Numbered from the stretch's first letter, positions 53,375 through 63,679 are shown. The stretch is 64,000 bases of DNA from Candidatus Chisholmbacteria bacterium RIFCSPHIGHO2_01_FULL_52_32 (GCA_001816585.1 MHCJ01000003.1:714681-778680); one strand, 5' to 3'. The notes: generated by a model from the letters alone, not told the origin. Program-made: numbers and translations.

Positions 53375-54447
53375 TTCGTCCGTTCCATCATAAGCATAAT
53401 GAGGGATTCGAGTAAAGCCTTTGTTTCCGGGTCACCGGAGACTTCCGGAATAACCTTTTTTCCCTGATCAACGTAGTCCCAGCCGAGATCGGTGACGTAC
53501 TTGAGGGTGCCACTGTCTTTAAGCAGTTTTTTCATCTGTCGGACATCTTCTTTTGTGAGCGCTCTTTTTCCAAGAAGATTACGTGTGATTGCCCGCTGTT
53601 TGCCCGTACCGTAGCGGAAAAGATGGTACACCAGCATGGTTTGTTTACCTTCGCGAAGATCAGAACCGACGGGCTTGCCTATTTCCTTTTCCTTCCCATA
53701 GATTCCGAGAATGTCGTCCCGAAGCTGCATCGCCATTCCCAGTGACAGGCCATATTTTTCGAGCGCTTTTTTCTTTCTTTGGTCTTTTAAGCCTGCGAGG
53801 GTTGCGCCTATTAGGAGCGGCATAACTCCAGTGTATTCTGCGGTTTTATGGCGGATGGTTTTTAAGATGGCTGACTTTGGGTTGATTGTGTTTTTCCTCT
53901 TGGTGATATCGAGTGATTGGCCATAGATCAGGCGTGTGACGAACTTGACGTAGAGGCTGCCTGCTTTTATCAGATCCTTGGCGGGGAAATTGCCCTGCAT
54001 GAGTTTTTCCCAGGACAAATAGAATGCCAGGTTTCCGACATTCATCGCCATCGATCTGCCGTACAAAGCGGAAGATGAGCGGATTTTCCATTTTCTCCCC
54101 TCTGCCTCGAATTGTTTGTGTATTGAGGGGAGACCCCGGCGCGTTTCATCTTGGTCCATGAGGTCGTCAAGAACCAGTGCCCCCGTGTGGAACAATTCAA
54201 CAAAAAGGCTTGTGTCAAGAATAGCCCTAATGTCTTTGCCACCGGACGACTGATATCCCAAAACAACCAGGGCTCCACGGAGCCTTTTCCCCAGTTTCGT
54301 CATTTTTTCGAATTTTTGAACCAGGGTTTTTGAAAGACCATCAATTGCTGCAGCTTGGTTGATTTTTTTTCTGAGGAAGTTTGTCAGCAGTGGGTCCGTC
54401 TTTATTCGATATGAGGCGAGGTACTGGGCTCCGAGTTCTCCATTCAT
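53371..54447 (-). CDS. polyprenyl diphosphate synthase (trans-isoprenyl diphosphate synthase)
   Basis: First and second aspartate-rich motifs LVLDDLMDQDETRRG and QLRDDILG, 358 aa. Confidence 0.8.
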   Translation of the reverse strand: MNGELGAQYLASYRIKTDPLLTNFLRKKINQAAAIDGLSKTLVQKFEKMTKLGKRLRGALVVLGYQSSGGKDIRAILDTSLFVELFHTGALVLDDLMDQDETRRGLPSIHKQFEAEGRKWKIRSSSALYGRSMAMNVGNLAFYLSWEKLMQGNFPAKDLIKAGSLYVKFVTRLIYGQSLDITKRKNTINPKSAILKTIRHKTAEYTGVMPLLIGATLAGLKDQRKKKALEKYGLSLGMAMQLRDDILGIYGKEKEIGKPVGSDLREGKQTMLVYHLFRYGTGKQRAITRNLLGKRALTKEDVRQMKKLLKDSGTLKYVTDLGWDYVDQGKKVIPEVSGDPETKALLESLIMLMMERTK

Positions 54448-54465
54448 CGGGATATTTGAGAGGAT

Positions 54466-54933
54466 TTATCGCTTTGGTGATTGTTTTTTGGCTCTGGCTT
54501 TGTGAGCGAGCCCGAACTTCCTTCGTTCTTTCATGCGCTGGTCTCTTGTGAGAAACGAGTATTTCTTCAGTTGCGGCCTGAATTTTTCCCGATCGGCAAA
54601 GGCAAGGGCTCGCGCGAGACCATGGACAACAGCTCCAAGCTGGCCTGTTTTTCCAGAGCCATTCACTCTGATGTTGGCTGAATATTTTTCCAGCGTATCC
54701 GTAATCCGAAACGGAGCAAAGTACGTCCGCTTTTGTGTTTCTAAGGGGAAATACTGTTCAATTGGTTTATCATTGACCACGATTGGCCCTGGCTTGAGGT
54801 AGAGGCGGACCCTGGCCGTGGCGGTTTTCCTCCTCCCGACCGCGTAAAAATAGTCCACTTTCTTTCCGGTCTTTTTCAGTTCCGGTTGATCCTCAACCAT
54901 TCCGTCTTCCTTCTTGATATTCTTTTTTTTCAT
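54466..54933 (-). CDS. rpsI: 30S ribosomal protein S9 with ~25-aa N-terminal extension
   Basis: GRRKTATARV ... the KR-rich C-terminus ending KR is S9-typical. Confidence 0.9.
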   Translation of the reverse strand: MKKKNIKKEDGMVEDQPELKKTGKKVDYFYAVGRRKTATARVRLYLKPGPIVVNDKPIEQYFPLETQKRTYFAPFRITDTLEKYSANIRVNGSGKTGQLGAVVHGLARALAFADREKFRPQLKKYSFLTRDQRMKERRKFGLAHKARAKKQSPKR

Positions 54934-55364
54934 TGGCTTGTATTTCCTTGTACCTGCTGATCGTACGGATGCTTGTTATCAATAAAAATTTTTAATCTTT
55001 TCATTCGCTGGTCGCGGAGCTTGTTCTTCGGAAGCATATTCCGTACAGCGAGCTCGATGACCCTCTTTGTGTCTCTTTTCATCATTTCCTCCAAGGTAAA
55101 CTGTCGAAAACCCCCGGGATAGCCGGAATGATGGGAGTATAATTTTTGTTTCATCTTCTTCCCTGTCACCCTGATCTTTCCGGCATTTATGACAATCACA
55201 TAATCCCCGCAATCGAGATTCGGGGTAAAGTACGGTTTTTCTTTCCCAATGAGGAGTTGGGCAATCCTTGAAGCCTCTCTGCCTAATACTTGTTGCGCCA
55301 GATCAACGAGATGCCAATCTCTTTTAATATCGCTCGCTTTCGTGATGTAGGTTTTTTGATTCAT
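54930..55364 (-). CDS. rplM: 50S ribosomal protein L13
   Basis: WHLVDLAQQVLGREAS...GDYVIVINA L13 motifs. Confidence 0.9.
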   Translation of the reverse strand: MNQKTYITKASDIKRDWHLVDLAQQVLGREASRIAQLLIGKEKPYFTPNLDCGDYVIVINAGKIRVTGKKMKQKLYSHHSGYPGGFRQFTLEEMMKRDTKRVIELAVRNMLPKNKLRDQRMKRLKIFIDNKHPYDQQVQGNTSQ

Positions 55365-55370
55365 ACTGCC

Positions 55371-55883
55371 TTAAATCTTTCTTTCCTCTTTTATCACCGG
55401 TGGATTGGGTGCAGGGTTCTTTAGGTTTTCTTTCTTTCCCTTGTCCTGTTTCGCCGGAGCTTCGGAGGATAAATCTTTTTTCGAGTCCGGCTTTGATTCT
55501 TTGTCTTTCCTGGCTTGTTCTTGTCTTTTCTTCTCGATCAGCTCTATTCGTACCAGCATGGCATTGTCTCCCCGCCGTTCTCCAACACGGATGATTCTTG
55601 TAAAGCCGCTCACCCTGTCCCTGAACCTTGGCCCAAGTTCATCGACGATTTTATTCACTGCCTTTTTATTCTGTAGAAATGCGGCAATGGTGCGGCGGAC
55701 ATGGAGTGTCCCTTTCTTTCCGCTGGCAATGAGACTATCGGCCAAGCCTTTGATTGCCTTGGCTTTGCTTTCCGTTGTTTGAATTTCCTCCTTCATCACT
55801 AAGCTTGTGATGAGGTTTTTAAACAACGATTTTCTCTGTTTTATATCGCGGCTGAATTTCTTTCCGAATACTCTATGGCGCAT
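55371..55883 (-). CDS. rplQ: 50S ribosomal protein L17 with ~55-aa K/E-rich C-terminal extension
   Basis: The true start is MRHRVFGKKFSRD. The track start at 55916 reads through the upstream octamer repeat (MPKPYTLNPIP is encoded by ggaatagggtttagggtatagggtttaggcat). Confidence 0.85.
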   Translation of the reverse strand: MRHRVFGKKFSRDIKQRKSLFKNLITSLVMKEEIQTTESKAKAIKGLADSLIASGKKGTLHVRRTIAAFLQNKKAVNKIVDELGPRFRDRVSGFTRIIRVGERRGDNAMLVRIELIEKKRQEQARKDKESKPDSKKDLSSEAPAKQDKGKKENLKNPAPNPPVIKEERKI

Positions 55884-55925
55884 AGGAATAGGGTTTAGGG
55901 TATAGGGTTTAGGCATTAGGGGGGA
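55884..55925 (+). repeat. repeat element copy 7 (GGGTTTAGGGTATAGGGTTTAGG) directly abutting the rplQ start codon
   Basis: ggaatagggtttagggtatagggtttaggcattagggggg. No Shine-Dalgarno lies between the repeat and the ATG. Confidence 0.8.
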
Positions 55926-55953
55926 GAGGTTTTCCCTCGAATCCTGTCTTCCC

Positions 55954-56868
55954 TTACTCCCTCAATGAAACATCCTTCTTCTTTAAGGCTTTTCGGATGA
56001 TCTCTACCGATTTCTCGCCCAGATTTTTTACCTTTGCGATGTCTTTCTCCGGAGCCTCAACCAGGTCAGCCACCGTTCTGTATCCTCCTTTTCGCAGGGC
56101 GTTTGCAATCCGGGTTGACAAGTCAAGCTCTTCAACCGTCAATTTGTATATTTCACTAGCGGCGACGTCTTCAACTTGCGGTTTTTCTGCTTTAACTTTG
56201 GGTTCGTAGACTTGCCGGAAGTAGGCCTCCAATAACTTTGCGGTCTGGTGGAGCGCTTCGGTCGGCTTCAGTGTCCCGTCCGTTATGACCTTTAAAATCA
56301 ACCTGTCTAAATCCGTGCGTCCGCCTACACGGGTCGCTTCCACGTGATATGACACTTGGAGAACCGGCGTGAACGTTGCATCGATCGGAATCACACCGAT
56401 TTGGTTTGATTTCCTTTCTTCTGCGGACGAATATCCCGTGCCCCGCTCCACTTGGAGCTCGGCTTCGAGACCTACCTTTTTGTTTGCCAAGGTTCCCAAT
56501 ATTTGATCTTTATTGATAATGCTCACCATTGGCGGTGCTTTGATTTGTGAGGCTTTGATTTCTCCCGGACCCTGCGCTTCCAGACGGAGGGTTTGGGGTT
56601 CGTCCCCGTCGTAGCGAACGCGAATCCTCTTGAGATTGAGGATGAATTCCACCACGTCCTCGCTCATCCCTTTCAGTGTGGAGAATTGATGACGAATACC
56701 TTTGATTTTGACCTGTGTGATAGCGGCCCCGGTAAGGCTATCTAACATGGCCCGGCGAAGGGCATTTCCTAACGTATGTCCATATCCTTGCTCCAATGGT
56801 TCGAATATGAATGTGGCGGTATTTTCTTCTTTCTCTTCTTGGGTAATGGTGAAGGATGGCATGATCAT
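55954..56868 (-). CDS. rpoA: DNA-directed RNA polymerase subunit alpha
   Basis: 304 aa with N-terminal dimerisation and C-terminal alphaCTD HhH domains. An AAGGAG SD lies 7 nt upstream. Confidence 0.9.
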   Translation of the reverse strand: MIMPSFTITQEEKEENTATFIFEPLEQGYGHTLGNALRRAMLDSLTGAAITQVKIKGIRHQFSTLKGMSEDVVEFILNLKRIRVRYDGDEPQTLRLEAQGPGEIKASQIKAPPMVSIINKDQILGTLANKKVGLEAELQVERGTGYSSAEERKSNQIGVIPIDATFTPVLQVSYHVEATRVGGRTDLDRLILKVITDGTLKPTEALHQTAKLLEAYFRQVYEPKVKAEKPQVEDVAASEIYKLTVEELDLSTRIANALRKGGYRTVADLVEAPEKDIAKVKNLGEKSVEIIRKALKKKDVSLRE

Positions 56869-56921
56869 TTGTCTCCTTTTTTTATAAACGTACTAATAAT
56901 GTTCATTTTTCTGATTTTTTC

Positions 56922-57530
56922 CTACTTTGAATATAACTCGACAATATACTGTTCATTAATATCCGCAGCAATGTCATCTCTCTTCGGCAGACGTTCGACC
57001 TTCCCAACCACCGCCTGTCTCGAAAGCCAGTCCGGCAGGGTCGGTTTTTTTTCCTTTGCAAGAAGCTCAACTTGTGGGATTTTGAGCGCCCTTGCAGAGA
57101 GAGTGATGATATCTCCAGTTTTTGTCATATAGGATGGAATCGTGACTTTATTTCCGTTTACTTGGGCATGACCATGGGTGATGAGTTGACGTGCCATGCC
57201 TCTTGTCGGCGTGAGACCGAGGCGGTAGAGTACATTATCCAATCGGCGCTCAAGAAGGCGCAAAAGCTCCTCGCCTGTGGCGCCTCTAGTCTTGAGGGCT
57301 CTTCGGTAGTAACGGTGAAATTGGCGTTCCAATATCCCATACGTCCACTTCACCCGTTGCTTTTCGGAAAGTTGCTTGGCGTAGTCTGATATCCTTCGTC
57401 TGCCCCGATGGCCATGTTGTCCCGGAGGAACACCAAGTCTTCGCTGGAGCTTTGCGGCAGATGTGGTCAGCTCCAGATCTTTGCCGACTTTCCTTGCAAG
57501 CTTGTTTTTTGGGCCGATATATCTTGCCAT
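56922..57530 (-). CDS. rpsD: 30S ribosomal protein S4
   Basis: MARYIGPKNKLARKVG, 202 aa. Confidence 0.9.
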   Translation of the reverse strand: MARYIGPKNKLARKVGKDLELTTSAAKLQRRLGVPPGQHGHRGRRRISDYAKQLSEKQRVKWTYGILERQFHRYYRRALKTRGATGEELLRLLERRLDNVLYRLGLTPTRGMARQLITHGHAQVNGNKVTIPSYMTKTGDIITLSARALKIPQVELLAKEKKPTLPDWLSRQAVVGKVERLPKRDDIAADINEQYIVELYSK

Positions 57531-57554
57531 TCCGGTCCTCCCTGTTGTTTTTCG

Positions 57555-57953
57555 TTATCTGTTATGCTTCTTTTTTCGAGGGCGGGATCCATTATGCGGA
57601 AGCGGGGTCACATCGGCAATCAGGGTCAACTTCATCCCTGAGCCTCTCAGCACTCTAAGCGCCGCATCCCTTCCTGGGCCCGGCCCTTTGATATATACCT
57701 CGAGCTCTCTTGCCCCATGCTGTTTGGCTTGTTCGACCACCCTTGAAATTGCGACGGTTGCAGCAAACGGGGTTGACTTCTTCGACCCGGAAAAGCCAAC
57801 GGTGCCCGTGGAGCCCCAACTCACCGCATTTCCTTCTGTATCGGTGAAGGTGGCTATCGTATTGTTGAAGGTCGCAATGATATATATCCTTCCTTTCGGA
57901 ACGATTTTTACGGCCTTTTTTGCTGTCTTTTTTTGTTGTGTTTCTTGGGGCAT
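57555..57953 (-). CDS. rpsK: 30S ribosomal protein S11
   Basis: GRIYIIATFNNTIATFTD ... GMKLTLIADVTPLPHNGSRPRKKK. Confidence 0.9.
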   Translation of the reverse strand: MPQETQQKKTAKKAVKIVPKGRIYIIATFNNTIATFTDTEGNAVSWGSTGTVGFSGSKKSTPFAATVAISRVVEQAKQHGARELEVYIKGPGPGRDAALRVLRGSGMKLTLIADVTPLPHNGSRPRKKKHNR

Positions 57954-57992
57954 CCTTTCTCCTTCTTTTACTCCCCTTTTAATGGCTCTTCA

Positions 57993-58409
57993 TTATTCCT
58001 TGGTCGGTGTCTCATGTTTCGTCAGTTCTTCTTTCTTCATTGCGCCGATGGTTTTCCTCTTCCCCCGTTTGGTTCTTGCATTGGTACGGGTTCGCTGGCC
58101 ATGGACAGGCAGACCCATGGCATGACGCAATCCGCGGTACGTCCCGATTCTCTTTAATCGTTCAATATTCTCTCGAATTTGTTTGCGTAGGTTTCCTTCC
58201 GTGTTTATCTTGTCTATCGCCCGTTGCAACCGAGCCACTTCTTCCGTAGCCAGATCTTTCGCCCGTTTATCCGCATTGACGTTGGCTTCCGCAAGAATTT
58301 GCTTCACATTCCGCCGTCCCACTCCGAAAATGTACGTAAGTGCGACTTCGGTTCGCTTCTGTTCCGGTATATCGATTCCTGCAATGCGTGGCATATTCCC
58401 TTCGGTCAA
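57993..58409 (-). CDS. rpsM: 30S ribosomal protein S13
   Basis: [25 protein letters not shown]. Confidence 0.9.
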   Translation of the reverse strand: MTEGNMPRIAGIDIPEQKRTEVALTYIFGVGRRNVKQILAEANVNADKRAKDLATEEVARLQRAIDKINTEGNLRKQIRENIERLKRIGTYRGLRHAMGLPVHGQRTRTNARTKRGKRKTIGAMKKEELTKHETPTKE

Positions 58410-58411
58410 GT

Positions 58412-58465
58412 TACAAATTTAAAGTTTAAAGTTAAAAGTTTTGAATTTTGTATTTTAAACTTTGA
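58412..58465 (+). repeat. A-rich octamer array (TTTAAAGTTTAAAGTTAAAAGT) between rpmJ and rpsM
   Basis: gttacaaatttaaagtttaaagttaaaagttttgaattttgtattttaaac. Confidence 0.7.
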
Positions 58466-58579
58466 TTATCCCTGGCGCTGTTTATGGCGCGGGTTTTCAC
58501 AAACCACATACACTTTTCCGTGACGGCGAATGATCTTACATTTATTACATCTGATTTTCACGCTTGACTTTACTTTCAT
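58466..58579 (-). CDS. rpmJ: 50S ribosomal protein L36 (below ORF-track length cutoff)
   Basis: Hand translation gives [37 protein letters not shown], the canonical Zn-ribbon L36, in the expected infA-rpmJ-rpsM order. Confidence 0.85.
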   Translation of the reverse strand: MKVKSSVKIRCNKCKIIRRHGKVYVVCENPRHKQRQG

Positions 58580-58596
58580 CTTTTTCCCTATTCTAC

Positions 58597-58836
58597 CTAC
58601 TTGTAGCGGAAGATTATTCTTCCGCGTGTTTCATCGTATGGTGTCAGTTCGACCTTCACCCTATCGCCGGGCATGACCCGAATCCTGTATATTCTCATTT
58701 TTCCTGAAAGCGTACACAGGATCACCTTTTCCGGTTGTTCTTCTTCGGTTGCATCGAGTTGCACTCGAAACATCGTATTGGGTAAGGCCCGGATAATCGT
58801 GCCTTCTACCTCAATTGTTTCCTCCCTTTTCACCAT
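58597..58836 (-). CDS. infA: translation initiation factor IF-1
   Basis: [20 protein letters not shown]...[35 protein letters not shown]. Confidence 0.9.
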   Translation of the reverse strand: MVKREETIEVEGTIIRALPNTMFRVQLDATEEEQPEKVILCTLSGKMRIYRIRVMPGDRVKVELTPYDETRGRIIFRYK

Positions 58837-58929
58837 ACGTTCAATTCTTTCACAAGAAGTGTTATTTTAACACACTTCAGGCTACTTTTGTTTCCTCATT
58901 TCGTATTTTATTTGTACTTCTCATGTTTA

Positions 58930-59688
58930 CTATGCTTCTTTGGTAAGGATAATCGGATGGCTTTTGGTTATCATTACTGTTTCTTCAAAGAGCGCCGCTT
59001 TCTTCCCATCTTCGGTGACTAATGTCCATCCATCTTCCTTTAAATGAAGCTTTGATGTTCCCTTCGCATAGATCACCTCAATGGCAAGCGTCTGACCTTC
59101 ATTGAGCAGCGGAGTTTGTTCAATCGGTTCAGCCAGGAAGCAAGGGATGGGTGGGTCTTCGTGCAACTCCTTCCCGACCCCGTGGCCCGTTAGCGACCGG
59201 ATACAGGTGTATCCTCCTCCTTCAACTGTCCCTTGGATTGCTTCGGAAATATGACCTATATGGTTTCCCGATACCGCTTTGGTCATCGCTTCCCTGAGTG
59301 CTTTTTTCCCGGCATCAAGGAACCGGACGTTTTCCGCGTCAATTGTCCCTGCAATTGTTGTGGTTGCAGCGTCGGTATGAAATCCATGGTAGTACATCCC
59401 AATATCTATCTTGACCAAATCCCCATTTTGAATTTTTCGCTTAGTCGGTATCCCGTGAACAACTCCGTCATTCAGGTTAATACATGTTGCATGCTTATAT
59501 CCCGGAACCAACATAAACGAGGGTTTCCCTCCGGCCTTCCGGATTGATGTTTCGGCAAGACCGTTCAGGGCCAGAAGCGTTGTTCCCGGGCGGGCGGCTT
59601 CGACCAACTCCTTCCGAATGCGGGCAAGGATCGCCCCTCCCTCCTGCATTGCTTTTTTTCTATTTCCTTTCAAGGTTCTTCTGATCAC
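58930..59688 (-). CDS. map: methionine aminopeptidase type I
   Basis: Metal-ligand motifs (DIGMYYHGFHTD, HGVG, AIEV), 252 aa. Confidence 0.9.
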   Translation of the reverse strand: MIRRTLKGNRKKAMQEGGAILARIRKELVEAARPGTTLLALNGLAETSIRKAGGKPSFMLVPGYKHATCINLNDGVVHGIPTKRKIQNGDLVKIDIGMYYHGFHTDAATTTIAGTIDAENVRFLDAGKKALREAMTKAVSGNHIGHISEAIQGTVEGGGYTCIRSLTGHGVGKELHEDPPIPCFLAEPIEQTPLLNEGQTLAIEVIYAKGTSKLHLKEDGWTLVTEDGKKAALFEETVMITKSHPIILTKEA

Positions 59689-60284
59689 TGTGGTTCTGTT
59701 TCCTTCAATTCTTTAATCGTTTTCATGATTTCTGCGTGGATTTTTTCAATGGGACGTTCCCCGTCAATGTGGATTAAGAGGTTTCTTTTTTTGTAGTACC
59801 TGAGCACCGCTTTATTCCCCTTTGCGTAATACTTGAGTCGCTCTTTGATTCTTTCCGGCGAATCATGGACTGAACCGTCGGGATTCTTCCTTCCTCTGGC
59901 TAGCAAGCGCCGAATTGACTCCCTCTCTGTAACATCCAAGAAAAAGACCGCGTCAATATCTTGTCCGTACTTTTCTACCTTTCGCTCCAGGAACATCGCT
60001 TGGGTGAGGTTACGCGGAAACCCGTCTAGGACCCAACCTTTTTTCGTATCATCTTCCTTGAATCGTTGTTTCCAGAGGACGTACATTTCAGAATCGGCGA
60101 CGTAATAACCTTTCTCAAGGGCCTCCTGGCAAACCCTTCCCATGATTCCGTGATCCTCCTCTGCGTATTTGCGAACCAAATCCCCGGAAACCAGATGCGG
60201 TATGCCGAGTTTTTCCGCAACTAGTTTTGCCTGTGTTCCTTTTCCCGATCCTTCCGGTCCGTAAAAGACAATATTCAGTCTCAT
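59685..60284 (-). CDS. adk: adenylate kinase
   Basis: GPEGSGKGTQA P-loop, 199 aa, no Zn-lid cysteines. Confidence 0.9.
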   Translation of the reverse strand: MRLNIVFYGPEGSGKGTQAKLVAEKLGIPHLVSGDLVRKYAEEDHGIMGRVCQEALEKGYYVADSEMYVLWKQRFKEDDTKKGWVLDGFPRNLTQAMFLERKVEKYGQDIDAVFFLDVTERESIRRLLARGRKNPDGSVHDSPERIKERLKYYAKGNKAVLRYYKKRNLLIHIDGERPIEKIHAEIMKTIKELKETEPQ

Positions 60285-60299
60285 CGATTTCTCCTTCGT

Positions 60300-61589
60300 C
60301 TATCTTTCTAAAAACCCTTCGTAGCTTCGCATCACCAGCATCGCTTCGAGCTGTTTGGTGGTCTCCAAAATCACCGAAACGACAATAAGAATTCCTGCGC
60401 CTCCGATTGAAAGGGTCACGATGTTCGTCATCTTTTGGACGATTGCGGGGAGAACGGCAATCGTTCCTAAAAACAGCGCTCCCGCGGTCGTGATTCTGGT
60501 TAGAATGTAGTTTAGGTAATCCGCGGTTGGTTTGCCCGGCCGGATTCCGGGAATAAATCCTCCATACTTTTTGATTTCATCGGCGATTTTTATGGGGTTG
60601 AAGATAACCGCTGTATAGAAATAGGTAAATCCGATAACCAGGAGAAAGTAAATGAGATCATAAATCGTACTTCCCGGTGTGAACGTCCTCGATACCAGAA
60701 CGGCAATGCGGGAGATGGTGGGGTTGGGTAGTGCTTCCAGGTACCTACCTACGAGCGAAGGCAAGAGAACTAAGGAAACGGCAAAGATAATGGGAATCAT
60801 TCCCGCTTGATTCACCCGTAAAGGGAGGTGAGTTGTTTGCCCTCCGTACATCCGGCTGCCCTGGATCCTTTTTGCGTATTGCACCGCCACTTTCCGTACG
60901 GCCTCGTTGATAAAAACGACACTCGCAATGACAACTATCGCAAGCATCGTGAACGTTGCCAGATTGAACACGTTCGTGTTCTGGGAAATTGCCGCAGTCT
61001 GTGCGAGCGCTATGGGTAGGCGGCCGACTATCCCAGCAAAGATGATCATTGAGATACCGTTGCCTATTCCATACTCGCTCGTCAGCTCCCCAAACCACAT
61101 AAGAAGTATCGTGCCCGTTGCCATGGTAATCGTCAGGCTTATCAGGGGGAGCGGATCTAAAGAATCGATGATCTGCTGGTTTCTTAAGAGCATGTACATC
61201 CCGAATGCCTGAAGAAGCGATAAGGGAACGGTAAGCATCCGTGTATACTGGTTGATTCTTTCCCTTCCTGCTTCTCCTTCCTTAGAAAGCTCCTCGAGAC
61301 GCGGAAATACCATCGTTAAGAGTTGAAAGATGATTGAGGCGTTGATGTAGGGGTTTAAACCGAGCGCCATGACCGAAAAGTTTGCCAGTGTCCCTCCGGA
61401 AAAAATATCCAGCAAGCTTAAGAGTTCATTCTGGCTGAAAAGTTGCTTTAAGCGCTGGAAATCCACCGCCGGCACGGGGATATGGGCAAACAGCCTAAAA
61501 ATTGCAAACATGAGTAGTGTAAAGAGGATTTTTCTCTTGAGATCCGGTGTTTTCCAAGCTTGGAGGATGGGGAGGATGATCTTATTCAA
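60300..61589 (-). CDS. secY: preprotein translocase subunit SecY
   Basis: 429 aa with 10 TM segments, in the canonical position after rplO. Confidence 0.95.
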   Translation of the reverse strand: MNKIILPILQAWKTPDLKRKILFTLLMFAIFRLFAHIPVPAVDFQRLKQLFSQNELLSLLDIFSGGTLANFSVMALGLNPYINASIIFQLLTMVFPRLEELSKEGEAGRERINQYTRMLTVPLSLLQAFGMYMLLRNQQIIDSLDPLPLISLTITMATGTILLMWFGELTSEYGIGNGISMIIFAGIVGRLPIALAQTAAISQNTNVFNLATFTMLAIVVIASVVFINEAVRKVAVQYAKRIQGSRMYGGQTTHLPLRVNQAGMIPIIFAVSLVLLPSLVGRYLEALPNPTISRIAVLVSRTFTPGSTIYDLIYFLLVIGFTYFYTAVIFNPIKIADEIKKYGGFIPGIRPGKPTADYLNYILTRITTAGALFLGTIAVLPAIVQKMTNIVTLSIGGAGILIVVSVILETTKQLEAMLVMRSYEGFLER

Positions 61590-62022
61590 CTTTTCCTCCC
61601 GCTTTGACGATTTTCTCCTTTGCCCGGTTTGAGATCGGGACTTTGACTAATAGAGGAACCTTAACCTCTCCCTCACCAAGAACCTTGACTCCGAACGTGG
61701 TTACCTGATCCTGTTTTACTATTCCGGCTTTTGCCAGTGTTTCGAGGGTCACCGTTGTCCCTTTCGGAAAGCCGGAAAGATCCTTTAGGTTAACGATAAC
61801 CGGTAAGGACTTCAATTTCCTGAAGCGCCCTTTTCCTCTAATTTTCGGGAGTCTTCTGACTAAGGCTAACTGTCCTCCCTCAAACCAAATGTTTATCTTT
61901 CCGCGGGCCCGTTGGCCTTTCGTTCCTCTTCCTGAGGTATGTCCTCCCTTTCCGGAACCGTATCCGCGGCCGACCCGTTTCTTTTTTCTGTCTACGATCT
62001 TCGGAAGTTTCTCTTGTTTCAT
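61582..62022 (-). CDS. rplO: 50S ribosomal protein L15
   Basis: [27 protein letters not shown]. Confidence 0.9.
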   Translation of the reverse strand: MKQEKLPKIVDRKKKRVGRGYGSGKGGHTSGRGTKGQRARGKINIWFEGGQLALVRRLPKIRGKGRFRKLKSLPVIVNLKDLSGFPKGTTVTLETLAKAGIVKQDQVTTFGVKVLGEGEVKVPLLVKVPISNRAKEKIVKAGGKVE

Positions 62023-62044
62023 GGTTTCTCCTCTTTCTTGTGCT

Positions 62045-62725
62045 TTAGCTCCTTTTCTTCTTATTAATCGACTTTTTCTTATTTGGTTTTTCTGTTCGTT
62101 TCTTTTCTTTCTTTTCTGGAAGTATCGCCGCCTTATTTGTCTTTCTCTTTTCTTGTTCTGCCAATGTTTCCTCTGGTTTAGGTTCTGCTTTTGGTTGTAT
62201 CACGGCCTCTCCAATACCCTTTCTTCTGGCGATCCTCTGCATTTGCGTCAGGGCCTCAAATGTGGCGTAGACATTTGAAGCCTGGTTCGCCGAGCCTAAG
62301 ATCTTGGCTACAACATCGTGAATACCCGCTGCTTCGACCACGGCGCGCACTGCCCCTCCCGCGATGACGCCTGTTCCGGGGGGCGCGGGTTTCAACAACA
62401 CTTCCGCCGCACCGTGCTTCACCCGTATCGGGAAGGGGATCGTTGTCCCCCTCATCGGTACTTTGATAAGCTCTTTTCTTGCCCGGCGAGCGGCCTTCTT
62501 GATCGCCGATAAGGTGTCCGGTGCTTTTCCGAGCGCAACACCGACTCTTCCCTTCCGGTCGCCGACAACCATCAACACCGCGAATCCTATTTTATTGCCG
62601 CCTTTTGTCTTTTTTGAGACTCGGTTTATTCTGACGACCTTCTCTTCAAATTCTGCACTTTCCTGCCGTTGTCTGTACGGTTGTCCTGTCATCGGTCTCA
62701 TTGTACTTCGTTTGCCCCTTTCCAT
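62045..62725 (-). CDS. rpsE: 30S ribosomal protein S5 with ~60-aa Lys-rich C-terminal tail
   Basis: [27 protein letters not shown] is the S5 core. The tail reads ...[35 protein letters not shown]. No L30 gene lies between S5 and L15. Confidence 0.9.
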   Translation of the reverse strand: MERGKRSTMRPMTGQPYRQRQESAEFEEKVVRINRVSKKTKGGNKIGFAVLMVVGDRKGRVGVALGKAPDTLSAIKKAARRARKELIKVPMRGTTIPFPIRVKHGAAEVLLKPAPPGTGVIAGGAVRAVVEAAGIHDVVAKILGSANQASNVYATFEALTQMQRIARRKGIGEAVIQPKAEPKPEETLAEQEKRKTNKAAILPEKKEKKRTEKPNKKKSINKKKRS

Positions 62726-62731
62726 TCTTTC

Positions 62732-63088
62732 TTAAAACTTCAATCCTTCTTTTCTGGCTGACTCCGCAAGCCTTTTTATCCTCCCATGATACCGGTACGG
62801 ACCCCGGTCAAAAACAACCGCTTTGATACCTTTTTTTATTGCCTTTTTTGCTACGGCCTGTCCGATAAGATCCGCTTTGGCCGTTTTTTGCTGTTTACTA
62901 TCCGTTGGCTTTACATCCGTTTCGTTTGCCGAAACAAGAGTGATCCCTTGTTCATCGTCGATGATTTGGGCATACGTATGTTTGTTCGAACGGAACACCG
63001 AAAGGCGGGGTCTTACCTTCGTCCCAAATACCTTGGCTCTTATCCTTTTTTTCCGCCCCCTGGTTGGTGATCTATTGATGTGGCTCAT
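62732..63088 (-). CDS. rplR: 50S ribosomal protein L18
   Basis: RPRLSVFRSNKHTYAQIIDD. Confidence 0.9.
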   Translation of the reverse strand: MSHINRSPTRGRKKRIRAKVFGTKVRPRLSVFRSNKHTYAQIIDDEQGITLVSANETDVKPTDSKQQKTAKADLIGQAVAKKAIKKGIKAVVFDRGPYRYHGRIKRLAESARKEGLKF

Positions 63089-63648
63089 GCTCCTCCGGTT
63101 GCTGCAGTACCTACTTTGGCTACCTTTCCTGGTTTTCGACGGACAATTTCGTTCTTATATCTCACTCCCTTTCCTTTGTATGGTTCGGGCTTTTTCAAGC
63201 TCCTCAACTTGGCTGCGGCAAGACCAACTGCCTCTTTATCTATTCCCTTTACTATGACATCCCGTTCGCCTTCAACCTCAAATTCTATCCCTACTTCGGG
63301 TTCAACAACGATCGGGTGGGAGAATCCCAAATTTAAGGTAAGGCGGTTACCTTCTTTCTTCACTCGGTAGCCCGTGCCGACAAGCTCCAGCCGCTTCTCA
63401 TATCCTTCTACTACTCCTTTGACAGCATTCGCCAGGAGGGCGCGGGTGAGGCCGTGGAGGGCTTTCGTCTTATCATCATTGCGGGTTCTCTTGACCTCAA
63501 TCATCCCCTTTGTTACCTCCACTTTAATATGCGAAAATGTCGGTGAGCGAAGTTCGCCTTTCGGTCCTTTTATTACCACCGCATCATTCCCGACTGCGGC
63601 GGTGACATCTTCTGGGATTTGGATTGGCTGTTTTCCTATTCTAGACAT
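63085..63648 (-). CDS. rplF: 50S ribosomal protein L6
   Basis: MSRIGKQPIQIPEDV ... two L6 repeats, 187 aa. Confidence 0.9.
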   Translation of the reverse strand: MSRIGKQPIQIPEDVTAAVGNDAVVIKGPKGELRSPTFSHIKVEVTKGMIEVKRTRNDDKTKALHGLTRALLANAVKGVVEGYEKRLELVGTGYRVKKEGNRLTLNLGFSHPIVVEPEVGIEFEVEGERDVIVKGIDKEAVGLAAAKLRSLKKPEPYKGKGVRYKNEIVRRKPGKVAKVGTAATGGA

Positions 63649-63679
63649 AGAGAGATAGGGTATAGGGTATAGGAAATAG
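63649..63679 (+). repeat. repeat element copy 8 (AGAGAGATAGGGTATAGGGTATAGG) filling the whole rpsH-rplF spacer
   Basis: It lies between the rpsH stop (63680) and the rplF ATG (63648), and no Shine-Dalgarno is present. Confidence 0.8.

Noticed and set aside
55884-55916. ORF-track N-terminal extension of rplQ (MPKPYTLNPIP)
   Set aside because: These 11 codons are the reverse complement of the intergenic octamer repeat (ggaatagggtttagggtatagggtttaggcat). L17 proteins start at MRHR..., so the extension is a read-through artefact.
57463-58125. 220-aa plus-strand ORF (and similar plus ORFs at 62823-63257, 55405-55782 and 44506-44979) antisense to ribosomal-protein or rny genes
   Set aside because: Each lies entirely within a well-supported minus-strand gene (S11/S13, L18/L6, L17, RNase Y), has biased Ser/Leu/Phe-rich composition typical of antisense frames, and has no independent signals.
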